Source of the DNA: a virus
Reading direction: 5' to 3' (one strand)
Virus record (IMG/VR): IMGVR_UViG_3300043436_004480
Location: 29,745-93,744 of that record
DNA: 64,000 nt
Of this stretch, positions 1 to 7,550 are shown in pieces. Under the pieces are notes generated by a model. It ran no database searches, was not told the DNA's origin, and saw only the letters and a list, made by a program, of their open reading frames with translations. The position numbers were made by a program, and so were the translations under genes. How positions within the stretch are numbered: position 1 is the stretch's first letter; every line of letters begins with the position of its first letter.

Positions 1-277
1 ATAGTGATTTTAGTTTTAGAATTACAGGTTCTCCGAAATCTTGAGTCATTCGTTTTTCGATGACTGAAATGATTTCTTCTTTTGCTTTTTGCATTGATGA
101 ATACTGCTCATCAAGAACATCATCACCTCCTGCAAGTACAGTAGTCATGTAAACTAATTCTATTTCTTTGTTTGGCATTTTTGCAGGTATTGTGTTGATT
201 TCGCAATGAAATCCGCAAAATGCTAATACGAAACTACTGTCAGTTTCCAAGTCTGGCGTTAATTCTTTCTGGATCAT
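1..277 (-). CDS. hypothetical protein, 3' end runs off the window
   Basis: ATG at 277 overlaps the stop of 274..552; frame (MIQKELTPDLETDSSF...) is open to position 1; not in the ORF track. Confidence 0.6.
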   Translation of the reverse strand, partial: MIQKELTPDLETDSSFVLAFCGFHCEINTIPAKMPNKEIELVYMTTVLAGGDDVLDEQYSSMQKAKEEIISVIEKRMTQDFGEPVILKLKSL

Positions 278-552
278 AAGTTTTCTTTAAATCTTGTATA
301 AGGTAACCAACAATCAAAAGGATCTCCACAAAATGTGTAATATCCTTCTGAATATTTTGATGCGAGAAATATGCAGGGTTCTGCTTTAGTTTCAAATACA
401 GAATGAAAAACTACAATTTCTTGTCGTTCTTCAGGAAGTTCTTCAGTAAACTTCTTAATTCTTAATTTGTTGTAAGCAGTTTCTACGCCTTTGTTAAAAG
501 CGTGCCACATTGCAGTTCCTTCTAAATAAGGATTTATAACTTCAATGTTCAT
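274..552 (-). CDS. hypothetical protein (92 aa)
   Basis: ORF track; co-oriented with the early block. Confidence 0.65.
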   Translation of the reverse strand: MNIEVINPYLEGTAMWHAFNKGVETAYNKLRIKKFTEELPEERQEIVVFHSVFETKAEPCIFLASKYSEGYYTFCGDPFDCWLPYTRFKENL

Positions 553-688
553 CTTCTTTTGCGTTTAGAACCTTTCTGATAAATAGGTTGTTCTTTTGGT
601 TTTTGTTTGTAAGGCATGTAAGTAGTAAATTCTCTTATTAATTTTTGAGTTCTTTCTACTTCATGTCTTAATATTTCTGGCTGTTCCA

Positions 689-880
689 CTATTCTGATAT
701 TTTTCTTGTTGTAAAAACTACTTCTGAAACTTGTGCAGTAACTCGGTATTCTTTACCACACTTTTTACAAGTGTCATTTAAGAAATGATCGGTATTGGCT
801 AAAACTTCCAGCCAGCCACACCTTTTGTTTTCTTCTCCACAATGAGGACAAATAGGATATTCTGTTTTTTCAGTTGTCAT
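689..880 (-). CDS. small zinc-ribbon protein
   Basis: CPHC...CKKC motif pair; AAAATT-ATG start context. Confidence 0.7.
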   Translation of the reverse strand: MTTEKTEYPICPHCGEENKRCGWLEVLANTDHFLNDTCKKCGKEYRVTAQVSEVVFTTRKISE

Positions 881-884
881 AATT

Positions 885-1097
885 TTAAGGTTTTACGTGC
901 GGAAGTTGTGAATCAAGAATTGCTATTCTTATTTCACCATCTTTAAACTTTTGAAGATGTTCATGCAATATCCATCTTCTTCTTCTCATTCCTTTTTCCC
1001 TATTCTTTTTCAAGATATAGGTATCAAAATACAAAGTTCTCTGCGATGCTTTACGAATTTGATCTTCGTTAAGCCAAGTGTATCCTACTGGTAACAT
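885..1097 (-). CDS. hypothetical protein (70 aa)
   Basis: ORF tightly packed between neighbours. Confidence 0.6.
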   Translation of the reverse strand: MLPVGYTWLNEDQIRKASQRTLYFDTYILKKNREKGMRRRRWILHEHLQKFKDGEIRIAILDSQLPHVKP

Positions 1098-1098
1098 T

Positions 1099-1680
1099 TT
1101 ATTTATCTGGATTATCTACAACTTTGAATTTTAATACTCCTGAATCCATTTTTTCTTTTCTAATAGAAAATATATTGAATCCAAGAGTTTGCGCTCTCCA
1201 AGATGCCATATTTACAGTTTCAACTTTTTTTGAACCTATATTTCTGAATGTATCTTGAATAATATCTGGATAATACTCCAGAACTCTTCCATTTTTTGCA
1301 GAAGTATCAAAAACTAATAGTATTTTATCTTTTTCTGGCATCGGTATTTTCTCAAAAGTCAAAGTTTCCCAAGTTTCATGAAAAACACCGTAAGTCACTA
1401 ATACTTTTTCTGAACTCTTTAGACAAAATAAAGATTTTTCAAATTGCCAACCTTCTCCTTCATTTCCAAACAAGTTTGAAAACAAATAGAAATGCTCAGG
1501 AAAATAACTATATCTAACCAAATTCAAGTCCAAATGAACTTTTTTTAGATATATAAGTTCTTCCCCAGAAAAAGTAAGAATCCTTTCACCGGGCGAAAGC
1601 ATTTTCTTCTCAACCAGAGTTTCTATTTCAGTAGCTTTACTAAAATCGTAAGAAGCTTGAATTATTTGTTGTCTTGTCAT
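1099..1680 (-). CDS. hypothetical protein (193 aa)
   Basis: ORF; AAAATT-ATG context. Confidence 0.7.
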   Translation of the reverse strand: MTRQQIIQASYDFSKATEIETLVEKKMLSPGERILTFSGEELIYLKKVHLDLNLVRYSYFPEHFYLFSNLFGNEGEGWQFEKSLFCLKSSEKVLVTYGVFHETWETLTFEKIPMPEKDKILLVFDTSAKNGRVLEYYPDIIQDTFRNIGSKKVETVNMASWRAQTLGFNIFSIRKEKMDSGVLKFKVVDNPDK

Positions 1681-1684
1681 AATT

Positions 1685-2038
1685 TTAGAATTTTAATTTA
1701 TGAATTTCGTTAAATCCTTCTACTTTGTATTCAAGAAGAATACTACAAATTTGTGAAGTATCATACTTTTCAAACAATTCTTCAGATTTACAATTAAGTA
1801 ATTCGCAAGCAACTGTTTTAAATTCTTTAAATTCTTCTAACTCATGTCCTTGTTTATGACATTCATTAGCAATCTCTACTAATCCTCTACAACCTGTCCA
1901 TGCAAATTTTGAAGATTTAATTTTTGAGTCAGAAGGGATTAAATTTTCAAGAACTTTTTCCCAATCTTTTGGATGCATGGCTTTTAATTTGTCAAGACCA
2001 TTTGCCATTTGTTTTACTAATGATTCCAAGTTTTCCAT
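1685..2038 (-). CDS. hypothetical protein (117 aa)
   Basis: ORF; TTAAAATT-ATG context. Confidence 0.7.
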   Translation of the reverse strand: MENLESLVKQMANGLDKLKAMHPKDWEKVLENLIPSDSKIKSSKFAWTGCRGLVEIANECHKQGHELEEFKEFKTVACELLNCKSEELFEKYDTSQICSILLEYKVEGFNEIHKLKF

Positions 2039-2060
2039 AATTTTAAAGTTTGAAGTGAAT

Positions 2061-2088
2061 AAAAAACAGGCTCCTAAAAGAAGCCTGC
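2061..2088 (-). terminator. intrinsic terminator
   Basis: Minus strand GCAGGCTTC-TTTTA-GGAGCCTGT followed by a T-run. Confidence 0.75.
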
Positions 2089-2142
2089 TTTTAAACTACC
2101 TATTAAATACACCAAATTTGTATTAACCAAAATACAAAGTCT

Positions 2143-2736
2143 TTATTTCTCTAATGCACAATGATCGAGAAACAACAAGAAATCTTCAGAAATAGACTTT
2201 TCTTCATTATTTACAAATTTACATTTAAAAATGTAAATGTGATCGTGGATTAAAGAAACCAAAGTTAATTCTAAGTTATCTTCAAGAATGTTTTCCGCTT
2301 TAACTATTTCTCTATAAAAGAAAGGGTTTTTGCAAAGTTTCTCAATGTGATAATGTTTTAGAATTGAAACTGATAGAGGATTATATCTTGAGTGATATTC
2401 TATTGTTATTGGATTTCCAGGATTTCTATTATACGTACTAAAGAAATACCATTCTTTGTCTGCACTCCTATTTCCTGAAAAATAGTTGTTTAAAACCTGA
2501 TAATATTCAGGGTTTATTAAAGTTCCTTCCAAGTTGTAAGTTTTCTGTGCTTTCAGGTAGATTATATCGTCTACTTCAAACTTCTTTTTGAATTCGGAAA
2601 TTTTGTTTCTGAAATGATTAGTAGAAAATACTTTTTCCTTAGGATTCAAATTTACAAATCCGAAGAGAAAGAAAGGAATTGCCAACAATATGCAAATCCC
2701 TTGAGTGCTAAATTCAATGAGTGTTTGTGAGTTCAT
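2143..2736 (-). CDS. hypothetical membrane-anchored protein (likely start MNSQTL)
   Basis: N-terminal hydrophobic helix GICILLAIPFFLFGFV; AAAA-ATG at 2736 preferred over the track start. Confidence 0.65.
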   Translation of the reverse strand: MNSQTLIEFSTQGICILLAIPFFLFGFVNLNPKEKVFSTNHFRNKISEFKKKFEVDDIIYLKAQKTYNLEGTLINPEYYQVLNNYFSGNRSADKEWYFFSTYNRNPGNPITIEYHSRYNPLSVSILKHYHIEKLCKNPFFYREIVKAENILEDNLELTLVSLIHDHIYIFKCKFVNNEEKSISEDFLLFLDHCALEK

Positions 2737-2750
2737 TTTTGAGTGTGGTT

Positions 2751-2855
2751 TTATAAGAAAGTTACTAATGCAACTATTACGCAAGCTGCAAGTGCAAATC
2801 CTATTATAAAGATTGACATTTTGTTTTGTCTGATAATTTTTTTTGTGAGTTTCAT
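2751..2855 (-). CDS. small single-TM peptide (MKLTKKIIRQ...)
   Basis: 34-aa ORF with a basic N-terminus and hydrophobic C-terminus. Confidence 0.5.
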   Translation of the reverse strand: MKLTKKIIRQNKMSIFIIGFALAACVIVALVTFL

Positions 2856-2987
2856 TTTGTTGCTGTTTGAGGTTGAAAGTAGAACTCCTATCTTTAACGA
2901 AAAAGAATATAAATGCAGGAGGACACATTTATACAAAAGCAAATCTAATGCAGACCAGCGTTCAGATTTCTTTTTAGGAGTTTTTAA

Positions 2988-4133
2988 TTAAGATACTAAC
3001 ATGTAATATCCATATTGGTAAGGTTTTACATCTAAAAACAATGTAGTCAAAGGATCTTGAAAACTAAGATCAAAATCTTTAGAACTTATACCTTTTTTAG
3101 AATCTTCTGAATTCAAACTCAAAAGAACTGCGTTTTTGAATGGCTCTTTGAATATAGCATCTGCTATTTCAAGAAGAACATCAAAATATCTTTCTGGATC
3201 GGAATTCCAAATTGTAGGATTTTTTAAAACTTGTAAACAATAGCCATTAGAAAAAATAAATTCTTCTGCTTCATACAAATTCAGTTTCTGAGTGACTATA
3301 TCTCCCTGATTTACTAAATCAGAATTAATAGCTTTTCCTATGTAGAAAAACTCAATTTGCTTCTTTTTGTTTTCCATCAAGGCTGCAAATATTTCTAAAT
3401 AGGATTTGTGAGTTACTAAATCTTGTATGGATCTAATAGACAGATCAGAAAACAACATTCTTGTTTTTTCTGGGCATAAACTTGCTATTTCAATTAAATA
3501 ACTTCTCAATAAGTCAAAATTCATTCTTGACTCAGAAAAAAGATGACTTCTTTCTGGATCTACTATTTCCAAAAGAAGTTTATAGCTATCTGTCGCTTGT
3601 AAATCGGAATCTTTAGTAAAAGAATTTGTTAATTCTTTATCTTCTCCACTAACAAGTAATTTTTTTAACAGTTGTTCTGGAGAAACATTCTCAATAGGAG
3701 AAACTTTCTTTTTGAAATCTAAATAAGAAACAAAAGAATTTTTAACCGCTTCTTCTAAGTTATTCCCTAAAGAGTGACTTCGTCTTCTAGAAATTTCTTC
3801 TATTTTTTTATTGAAAACAAATTCGTCTTCTTTTTCGTAAGAAACTAGAAGAATAGATAATTCTTCATCATGTTCTTTTCTTTGATTGTTTACCAAATTA
3901 GAAAGAGCTTGGTTATCAGTTAACAATACATTAACTTGTTTATGTTGTATCTCAAACTGTAACTTGAAATGCTCTTTTTCTATTGCTAGTTCTGCGTTAC
4001 TCAAATTTAAACTTTCTATATCTGCTGCCATTTTTCCACGAATTGGATCATGTCTAATCTGATACCAAAGAATGGTAATTCCAACTGAGTATGCAAGTAG
4101 CAATATTACTACAAATAATAATTGTTGTGTCAT
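2988..4133 (-). CDS. membrane-anchored coiled-coil hypothetical protein (381 aa)
   Basis: N-terminal TM segment followed by a heptad-rich region. Confidence 0.7.
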   Translation of the reverse strand: MTQQLLFVVILLLAYSVGITILWYQIRHDPIRGKMAADIESLNLSNAELAIEKEHFKLQFEIQHKQVNVLLTDNQALSNLVNNQRKEHDEELSILLVSYEKEDEFVFNKKIEEISRRRSHSLGNNLEEAVKNSFVSYLDFKKKVSPIENVSPEQLLKKLLVSGEDKELTNSFTKDSDLQATDSYKLLLEIVDPERSHLFSESRMNFDLLRSYLIEIASLCPEKTRMLFSDLSIRSIQDLVTHKSYLEIFAALMENKKKQIEFFYIGKAINSDLVNQGDIVTQKLNLYEAEEFIFSNGYCLQVLKNPTIWNSDPERYFDVLLEIADAIFKEPFKNAVLLSLNSEDSKKGISSKDFDLSFQDPLTTLFLDVKPYQYGYYMLVS

Positions 4134-4175
4134 AACTATTTAAGTTTTTTTTTGACGTTAGAGATAATTTTAAAG

Positions 4176-4207
4176 AAATAAACTGGCATTAAAAATGCCA
4201 GTCTATT
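4176..4207 (-). terminator. terminator-like hairpin
   Basis: ACTGGCATT/AATGCCAGT inverted repeat followed by TTATTT on the minus strand. Confidence 0.55.
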
Positions 4208-4231
4208 TTCCGAAAAAAAAGCATATGGTCA

Positions 4232-4567
4232 TTATTTAATATTACTTTTCAATATTGAATAATGGTCAGCTTTTACTATACAACTCTTTTCTAGTTCTTC
4301 AATAACAAAAAGACTTTCATCTTTTGTTACTGTTCCATCTAGTAAACTTTTTTTGTATATCTGAATTAACTCTATGTCAGATTCATTTAATGAATCTACT
4401 ACATAAAGCATGTTTTTTTGTTTTGTAGAACTATGGTCTTGCTGCTGGAAATCTTGGTGGATAATCTCTATTTTTGAGACTGACCAAATTCCTATTATCA
4501 ACAATATGATTAGGAGTCCCAGTTCTAAAATCCTCAGATTCTTTATTTGATCTTTGTTGTAAGTCAT
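4232..4567 (-). CDS. single-TM hypothetical protein
   Basis: Hydrophobic LGLLIILLIIGIW; AAAATT-ATG context. Confidence 0.65.
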   Translation of the reverse strand: MTYNKDQIKNLRILELGLLIILLIIGIWSVSKIEIIHQDFQQQDHSSTKQKNMLYVVDSLNESDIELIQIYKKSLLDGTVTKDESLFVIEELEKSCIVKADHYSILKSNIK

Positions 4568-4880
4568 AATTTTCTTTAGTTTCTATCAACCAATATTTAA
4601 CTTTTGGTTGATTACGATTGACAATTGATTCTTTTTCAGATACGACAAAGCCGTATTTTTCTAATCTGCGTTTCACGCTTTCTAGTTCACCTTCTTCATA
4701 TTTTTCAATATCAAGAAATGCTTCGATTGGATTTGCAGGGTTCTTTGCTGCATTACGCAGTTCAAAGTTTATTTTTTCGAGAAGAGGAATTTCATCATTC
4801 CTATTTTCACGAATTCTTTTTAAGTCGTCCAAACTTGTTACTCGAGACAAACTTTTAAACGTAGTCACTTTAAAGCCCAT
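4431..4880 (-). CDS. hypothetical protein (149 aa; 3' part overlaps the next gene)
   Basis: ORF; CAAAATT-ATG context. Confidence 0.6.
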   Translation of the reverse strand: MGFKVTTFKSLSRVTSLDDLKRIRENRNDEIPLLEKINFELRNAAKNPANPIEAFLDIEKYEEGELESVKRRLEKYGFVVSEKESIVNRNQPKVKYWLIETKENYDLQQRSNKESEDFRTGTPNHIVDNRNLVSLKNRDYPPRFPAARP

Positions 4881-4943
4881 AATTTTGATAATTTTAAAGG
4901 TTAAAAATGTGCAGACTTTTACATCTGCACATTAATTTTAATA

Positions 4944-5621
4944 CTAAGCTTTTACAGTTGTTTGTTCTGCATAATTACCTGCTGGAACAGAAACAGCATT
5001 GGAGACAGATGTTTTTGCAGCAGTTTCTTGAAGTTTCAAGTCTTTTGCAAGCAAATTTTCAATCTCTTCATCTAACCAAATGTCGTGAGTTTCACGATAA
5101 TCAATGTCAGTTTTTCCTCCAAGAGTTAATGAAGCAACTTTAAATTGAGCTACAAAGCGAGCTTTAACTTCGCCAGTTTCTTGATCTACAAAGTTTCTTC
5201 TCAAATACGGAACAATTTCTCTGTCTTTTAGACGTACTAATTGTGCCATTTTGATTTTATCAAAAGTAGTAAGACCATTGGCAATTGCACTTCTTTGATT
5301 TTCGCTTAGCAACGGAGCGCAGGCATAAATCATAATAATTCTTGGTCTGTCCCAAGCATCCACTTTTTTCTGCAATTCTTCTATGGTATCTGTTTCATTA
5401 ACTTCCATCCATACTATTCTTTTGGAATCGTAAGATTTTGTTGATGCATCAGTTAACAAAACTTCGTGGTGGGTTTTGCTAGGATCGTTACCATAAAACA
5501 ACTTTACTTCTTGTTCAAGCGTTGCTTGAAATCTGTTTTCGCCAATTGACGACTTTTTTACTTCTGTTACAGTTAATTTGCCAAACTGTACTGGACGAGA
5601 ACTTTGATTTAAGTTTTCCAT
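4944..5621 (-). CDS. hypothetical protein (225 aa), possibly nucleic-acid binding
   Basis: Long ORF with a beta-rich-looking N-terminus and low-complexity tail, preceded by a structured leader; function is inference only. Confidence 0.7.
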   Translation of the reverse strand: MENLNQSSRPVQFGKLTVTEVKKSSIGENRFQATLEQEVKLFYGNDPSKTHHEVLLTDASTKSYDSKRIVWMEVNETDTIEELQKKVDAWDRPRIIMIYACAPLLSENQRSAIANGLTTFDKIKMAQLVRLKDREIVPYLRRNFVDQETGEVKARFVAQFKVASLTLGGKTDIDYRETHDIWLDEEIENLLAKDLKLQETAAKTSVSNAVSVPAGNYAEQTTVKA

Positions 5622-5660
5622 TAGGATTTTTGAGATTATTTTGAGAAATAGTTTTAATTC

Positions 5661-5726
5661 TTAGCATTGACAGCTAAATTCAAATAAACTTATGCGTTGA
5701 CAGCATTGCTACATTGACAGTAAGCA
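5661..5726 (-). promoter_or_regulatory. three tandem stem-loops with conserved UGUCAAY loop in the 5' leader of 4944..5621
   Basis: Plus strand: TTAGC-ATTGACA-GCTAA, ATGC-GTTGACA-GCAT, TAC-ATTGACA-GTA; loops nearly identical, stems differ but stay paired. Confidence 0.7.
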
Positions 5727-6002
5727 CGTTTATTAAGGAAGGATGTGTTTCTGCACAATACACATCAAATTGTTGTGAAATAAGAACTTTTTAAAATACT
5801 TAAAGTCTCTCCGCAATTTTCTATTAATAAGGACTTCTGCAACGACTTCGCAGCATTTGGAATCTTATGAAAATAGAAATAATTAACTAAGGAAGTTAAT
5901 ACATGATTTTTACTTCTGCACGATACCTCTTACGTTATGAACTAGTCATCGACTTGAGTTACGCCCCACATGTTTGTCATTTCTGAAGAATTTCTGTAAA
6001 AT

Positions 6003-6030
6003 AAAAAACTCTCTGATTTCTCAGAGAGTT
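6003..6030 (-). terminator. intrinsic terminator ending the tmRNA coding piece
   Basis: AACTCTCTGA-GAAA-TCAGAGAGTT followed by TTTT. Confidence 0.85.
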
Positions 6031-6300
6031 TATTCACCGTTTTAGTAGGTTTCACTCGTTTAGCTTATGCTGCAACTGCAACACGAGAAAACATAGGTAC
6101 TGATTTGCCGTTTATGGCTTTGCTTTCCTTTCTCAGCGATTTTTCATACTGTCAAAACCGGTCTTCCCCAATTTGCAGAAATGCATCTGCACAGTACTAA
6201 AGCGACTGGTTAGCTACAACAAAAGTTGAGTGGAGAAGTAGGGATTCGAACCCTAGTCCAACATGAATTCTACTTCGATACAAGCGGAACGCATCGTAAA
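6007..6300 (-). ncRNA. ssrA: circularly permuted (two-piece) tmRNA
   Basis: Acceptor piece comes first: TTCATGTT-GGAC-TAGGG-TTCGAAT-CCCTA-CTTCTCC-A, ending at 6231. A 61-nt intervening segment follows. The coding piece starts at 6169: GGGGAAG-ACCGGTTTTGAC-AGTATGAA. The 7-bp acceptor stem has G3:U70 and A73. Tag ORF 6109..6065 reads GKSVPMFSRVAVAA*. The 5' boundary is approximate. Confidence 0.92.
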
Positions 6301-6365
6301 AGTATGCAGAGTTATTTAACTATGCAACTTTAAATTTTAAATCTTTTCCCAGAAAAAGAAAAAGA

Positions 6366-6755
6366 TTAGGGCAACTGTTGATTTTCAACATCTGACTCCT
6401 CGAACTTGATTATTATATCAAACTCAATTTGTAGTTCTGCACCAGTTAACATTTGTTCTTCTGGAGTCCAAGATATATACACTTCACTACCTATGAATAT
6501 GTTATTCATAACAAGTTCAGGAATTAATATGTATCTATGTTGCCACTTAACTGTATTTTCATCATAAGTAAAGAAATCTATTTGTAAAGCTTCATTTTTT
6601 GAAGCATTATCTAAGTAATCTTTATCTATGTTGAGAAAACACTTGTTTTGCAATTCTATTCTTAAACTTGGTGCAATTTCTTCAAGTTTTATACCTTTTA
6701 TAAAGCTTGTTTCCTCTGACCAATTTTGTGTTTTGCACTCTCGTGTTATTTTCAT
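6366..6755 (-). CDS. hypothetical protein (129 aa)
   Basis: ORF track. Confidence 0.65.
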   Translation of the reverse strand: MKITRECKTQNWSEETSFIKGIKLEEIAPSLRIELQNKCFLNIDKDYLDNASKNEALQIDFFTYDENTVKWQHRYILIPELVMNNIFIGSEVYISWTPEEQMLTGAELQIEFDIIIKFEESDVENQQLP

Positions 6756-6756
6756 A

Positions 6757-6915
6757 CTAATCTGAATTCATTTTGTACAAACCGGCTATTCCTAGTAAAG
6801 ATATAATTCCAAAAGCATAGCTTTTTCCAAAGTTTGATTCTAAAACACCTTCTATGCAAAGAAATAAATCTATTCCTATTAATACGCACATGATAATACT
6901 TCCTATTTTTTTCAT
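6757..6915 (-). CDS. small 2-TM membrane protein (likely start MKKIGS)
   Basis: Two hydrophobic segments; the upstream part of the track ORF overlaps 6923..7063. Confidence 0.6.
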   Translation of the reverse strand: MKKIGSIIMCVLIGIDLFLCIEGVLESNFGKSYAFGIISLLGIAGLYKMNSD

Positions 6916-6922
6916 AGATGTA

Positions 6923-7063
6923 TTATTTTCTACAACCTGTACCCATAGTACAAGCTGGTCTGTTTCCATACTTTTTATAAGCAGTATGTCGCTTTTGTGC
7001 ATTATTCTGAGTTGCACAACTCGTTATTGCTATTAAAAGCAATAATGCAATTACTGTTTTCAT
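6923..7063 (-). CDS. small lipoprotein (46 aa), not in the ORF track
   Basis: MKTVIALLLLIAITS-CATQ...: signal peptide II with lipobox ITSC. Confidence 0.7.
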   Translation of the reverse strand: MKTVIALLLLIAITSCATQNNAQKRHTAYKKYGNRPACTMGTGCRK

Positions 7064-7111
7064 GCTGTTTCAGTTTTAATTTTAAATGTTGTTGTTTTCT
7101 GTATATCCTGA

Positions 7112-7142
7112 AATAAAATAATCCAGAGCCATAGACTCTGGA
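7112..7142 (-). terminator. terminator-like hairpin
   Basis: TCCAGAGTC-TAT-GGCTCTGGA followed by TTATTTTATTT. Confidence 0.55.
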
Positions 7143-7202
7143 ATATTAACTACATATTATACAAAATTATGAACACATCATTTCGATTACCCGAAATGTA
7201 GT

Positions 7203-7288
7203 TGCTGCGTACACAGGATTCGAACCTGCTTTGTTCAGACAACACGAGTTTCACGTGCGCAAACAAAATCACCATTAGAAATACGCAG
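7203..7288 (-). ncRNA. tRNA-like RNA with an extended, non-canonical anticodon arm
   Basis: Acceptor CTGCGTAT/GTACGCAG; D-loop TAATGGT; T-arm GCAGG-TTCGAAT-CCTGT; long irregular arm (TTTGTTT/GAACAAA, GCACG/CGTGT) in place of the anticodon arm. Confidence 0.75.
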
Positions 7289-7414
7289 TTTAATTTATTA
7301 AACTTTCTTTGCAGTATCTTAGCAACAGAATAATAAATTAGTAAGTTTCTCTGGTTCTTCCCCTTTCTCTTTGAAACTTACAAATGTCTGAGATTGGAGG
7401 TTCTTGGTTTAAAC

Positions 7415-7509
7415 AAGTCGAAATACGGGATTCATAGCCCGCACTTCAACTCAAAGTATGTTTACTCTTAATAAAATCACATAGACGGAAACATACAAAG
7501 TTTCTATGC
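7415..7509 (-). ncRNA. pseudoknot (7456-7509) followed by a 15-bp minihelix-like hairpin (7415-7452)
   Basis: GAAAC/GTTTC interleaved with GTAT/ATAC, L3 ending AAAC; then GAGTTGAAGTGCGGG-CTATGAAT-CCCGTATTTCGACTT with several G:U pairs. Confidence 0.5.
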
Positions 7510-7550
7510 AAAGTTTTACTCAATTACAATAGTTGTAATTATTCATTTGA

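Noticed and set aside
5661-5726. TTGACA repeats read as sigma70 -35 boxes or as a mini CRISPR array
   Set aside because: No -10 boxes at the right spacing, host-type promoters use a different consensus, repeats are only 7 nt with self-complementary flanks, and there are no cas genes
6170-7202. Theta/HDV-like ribozymes at the 3' side of the tRNA-like elements
   Set aside because: No nested double-pseudoknot pattern found by eye after 6231 or 7203
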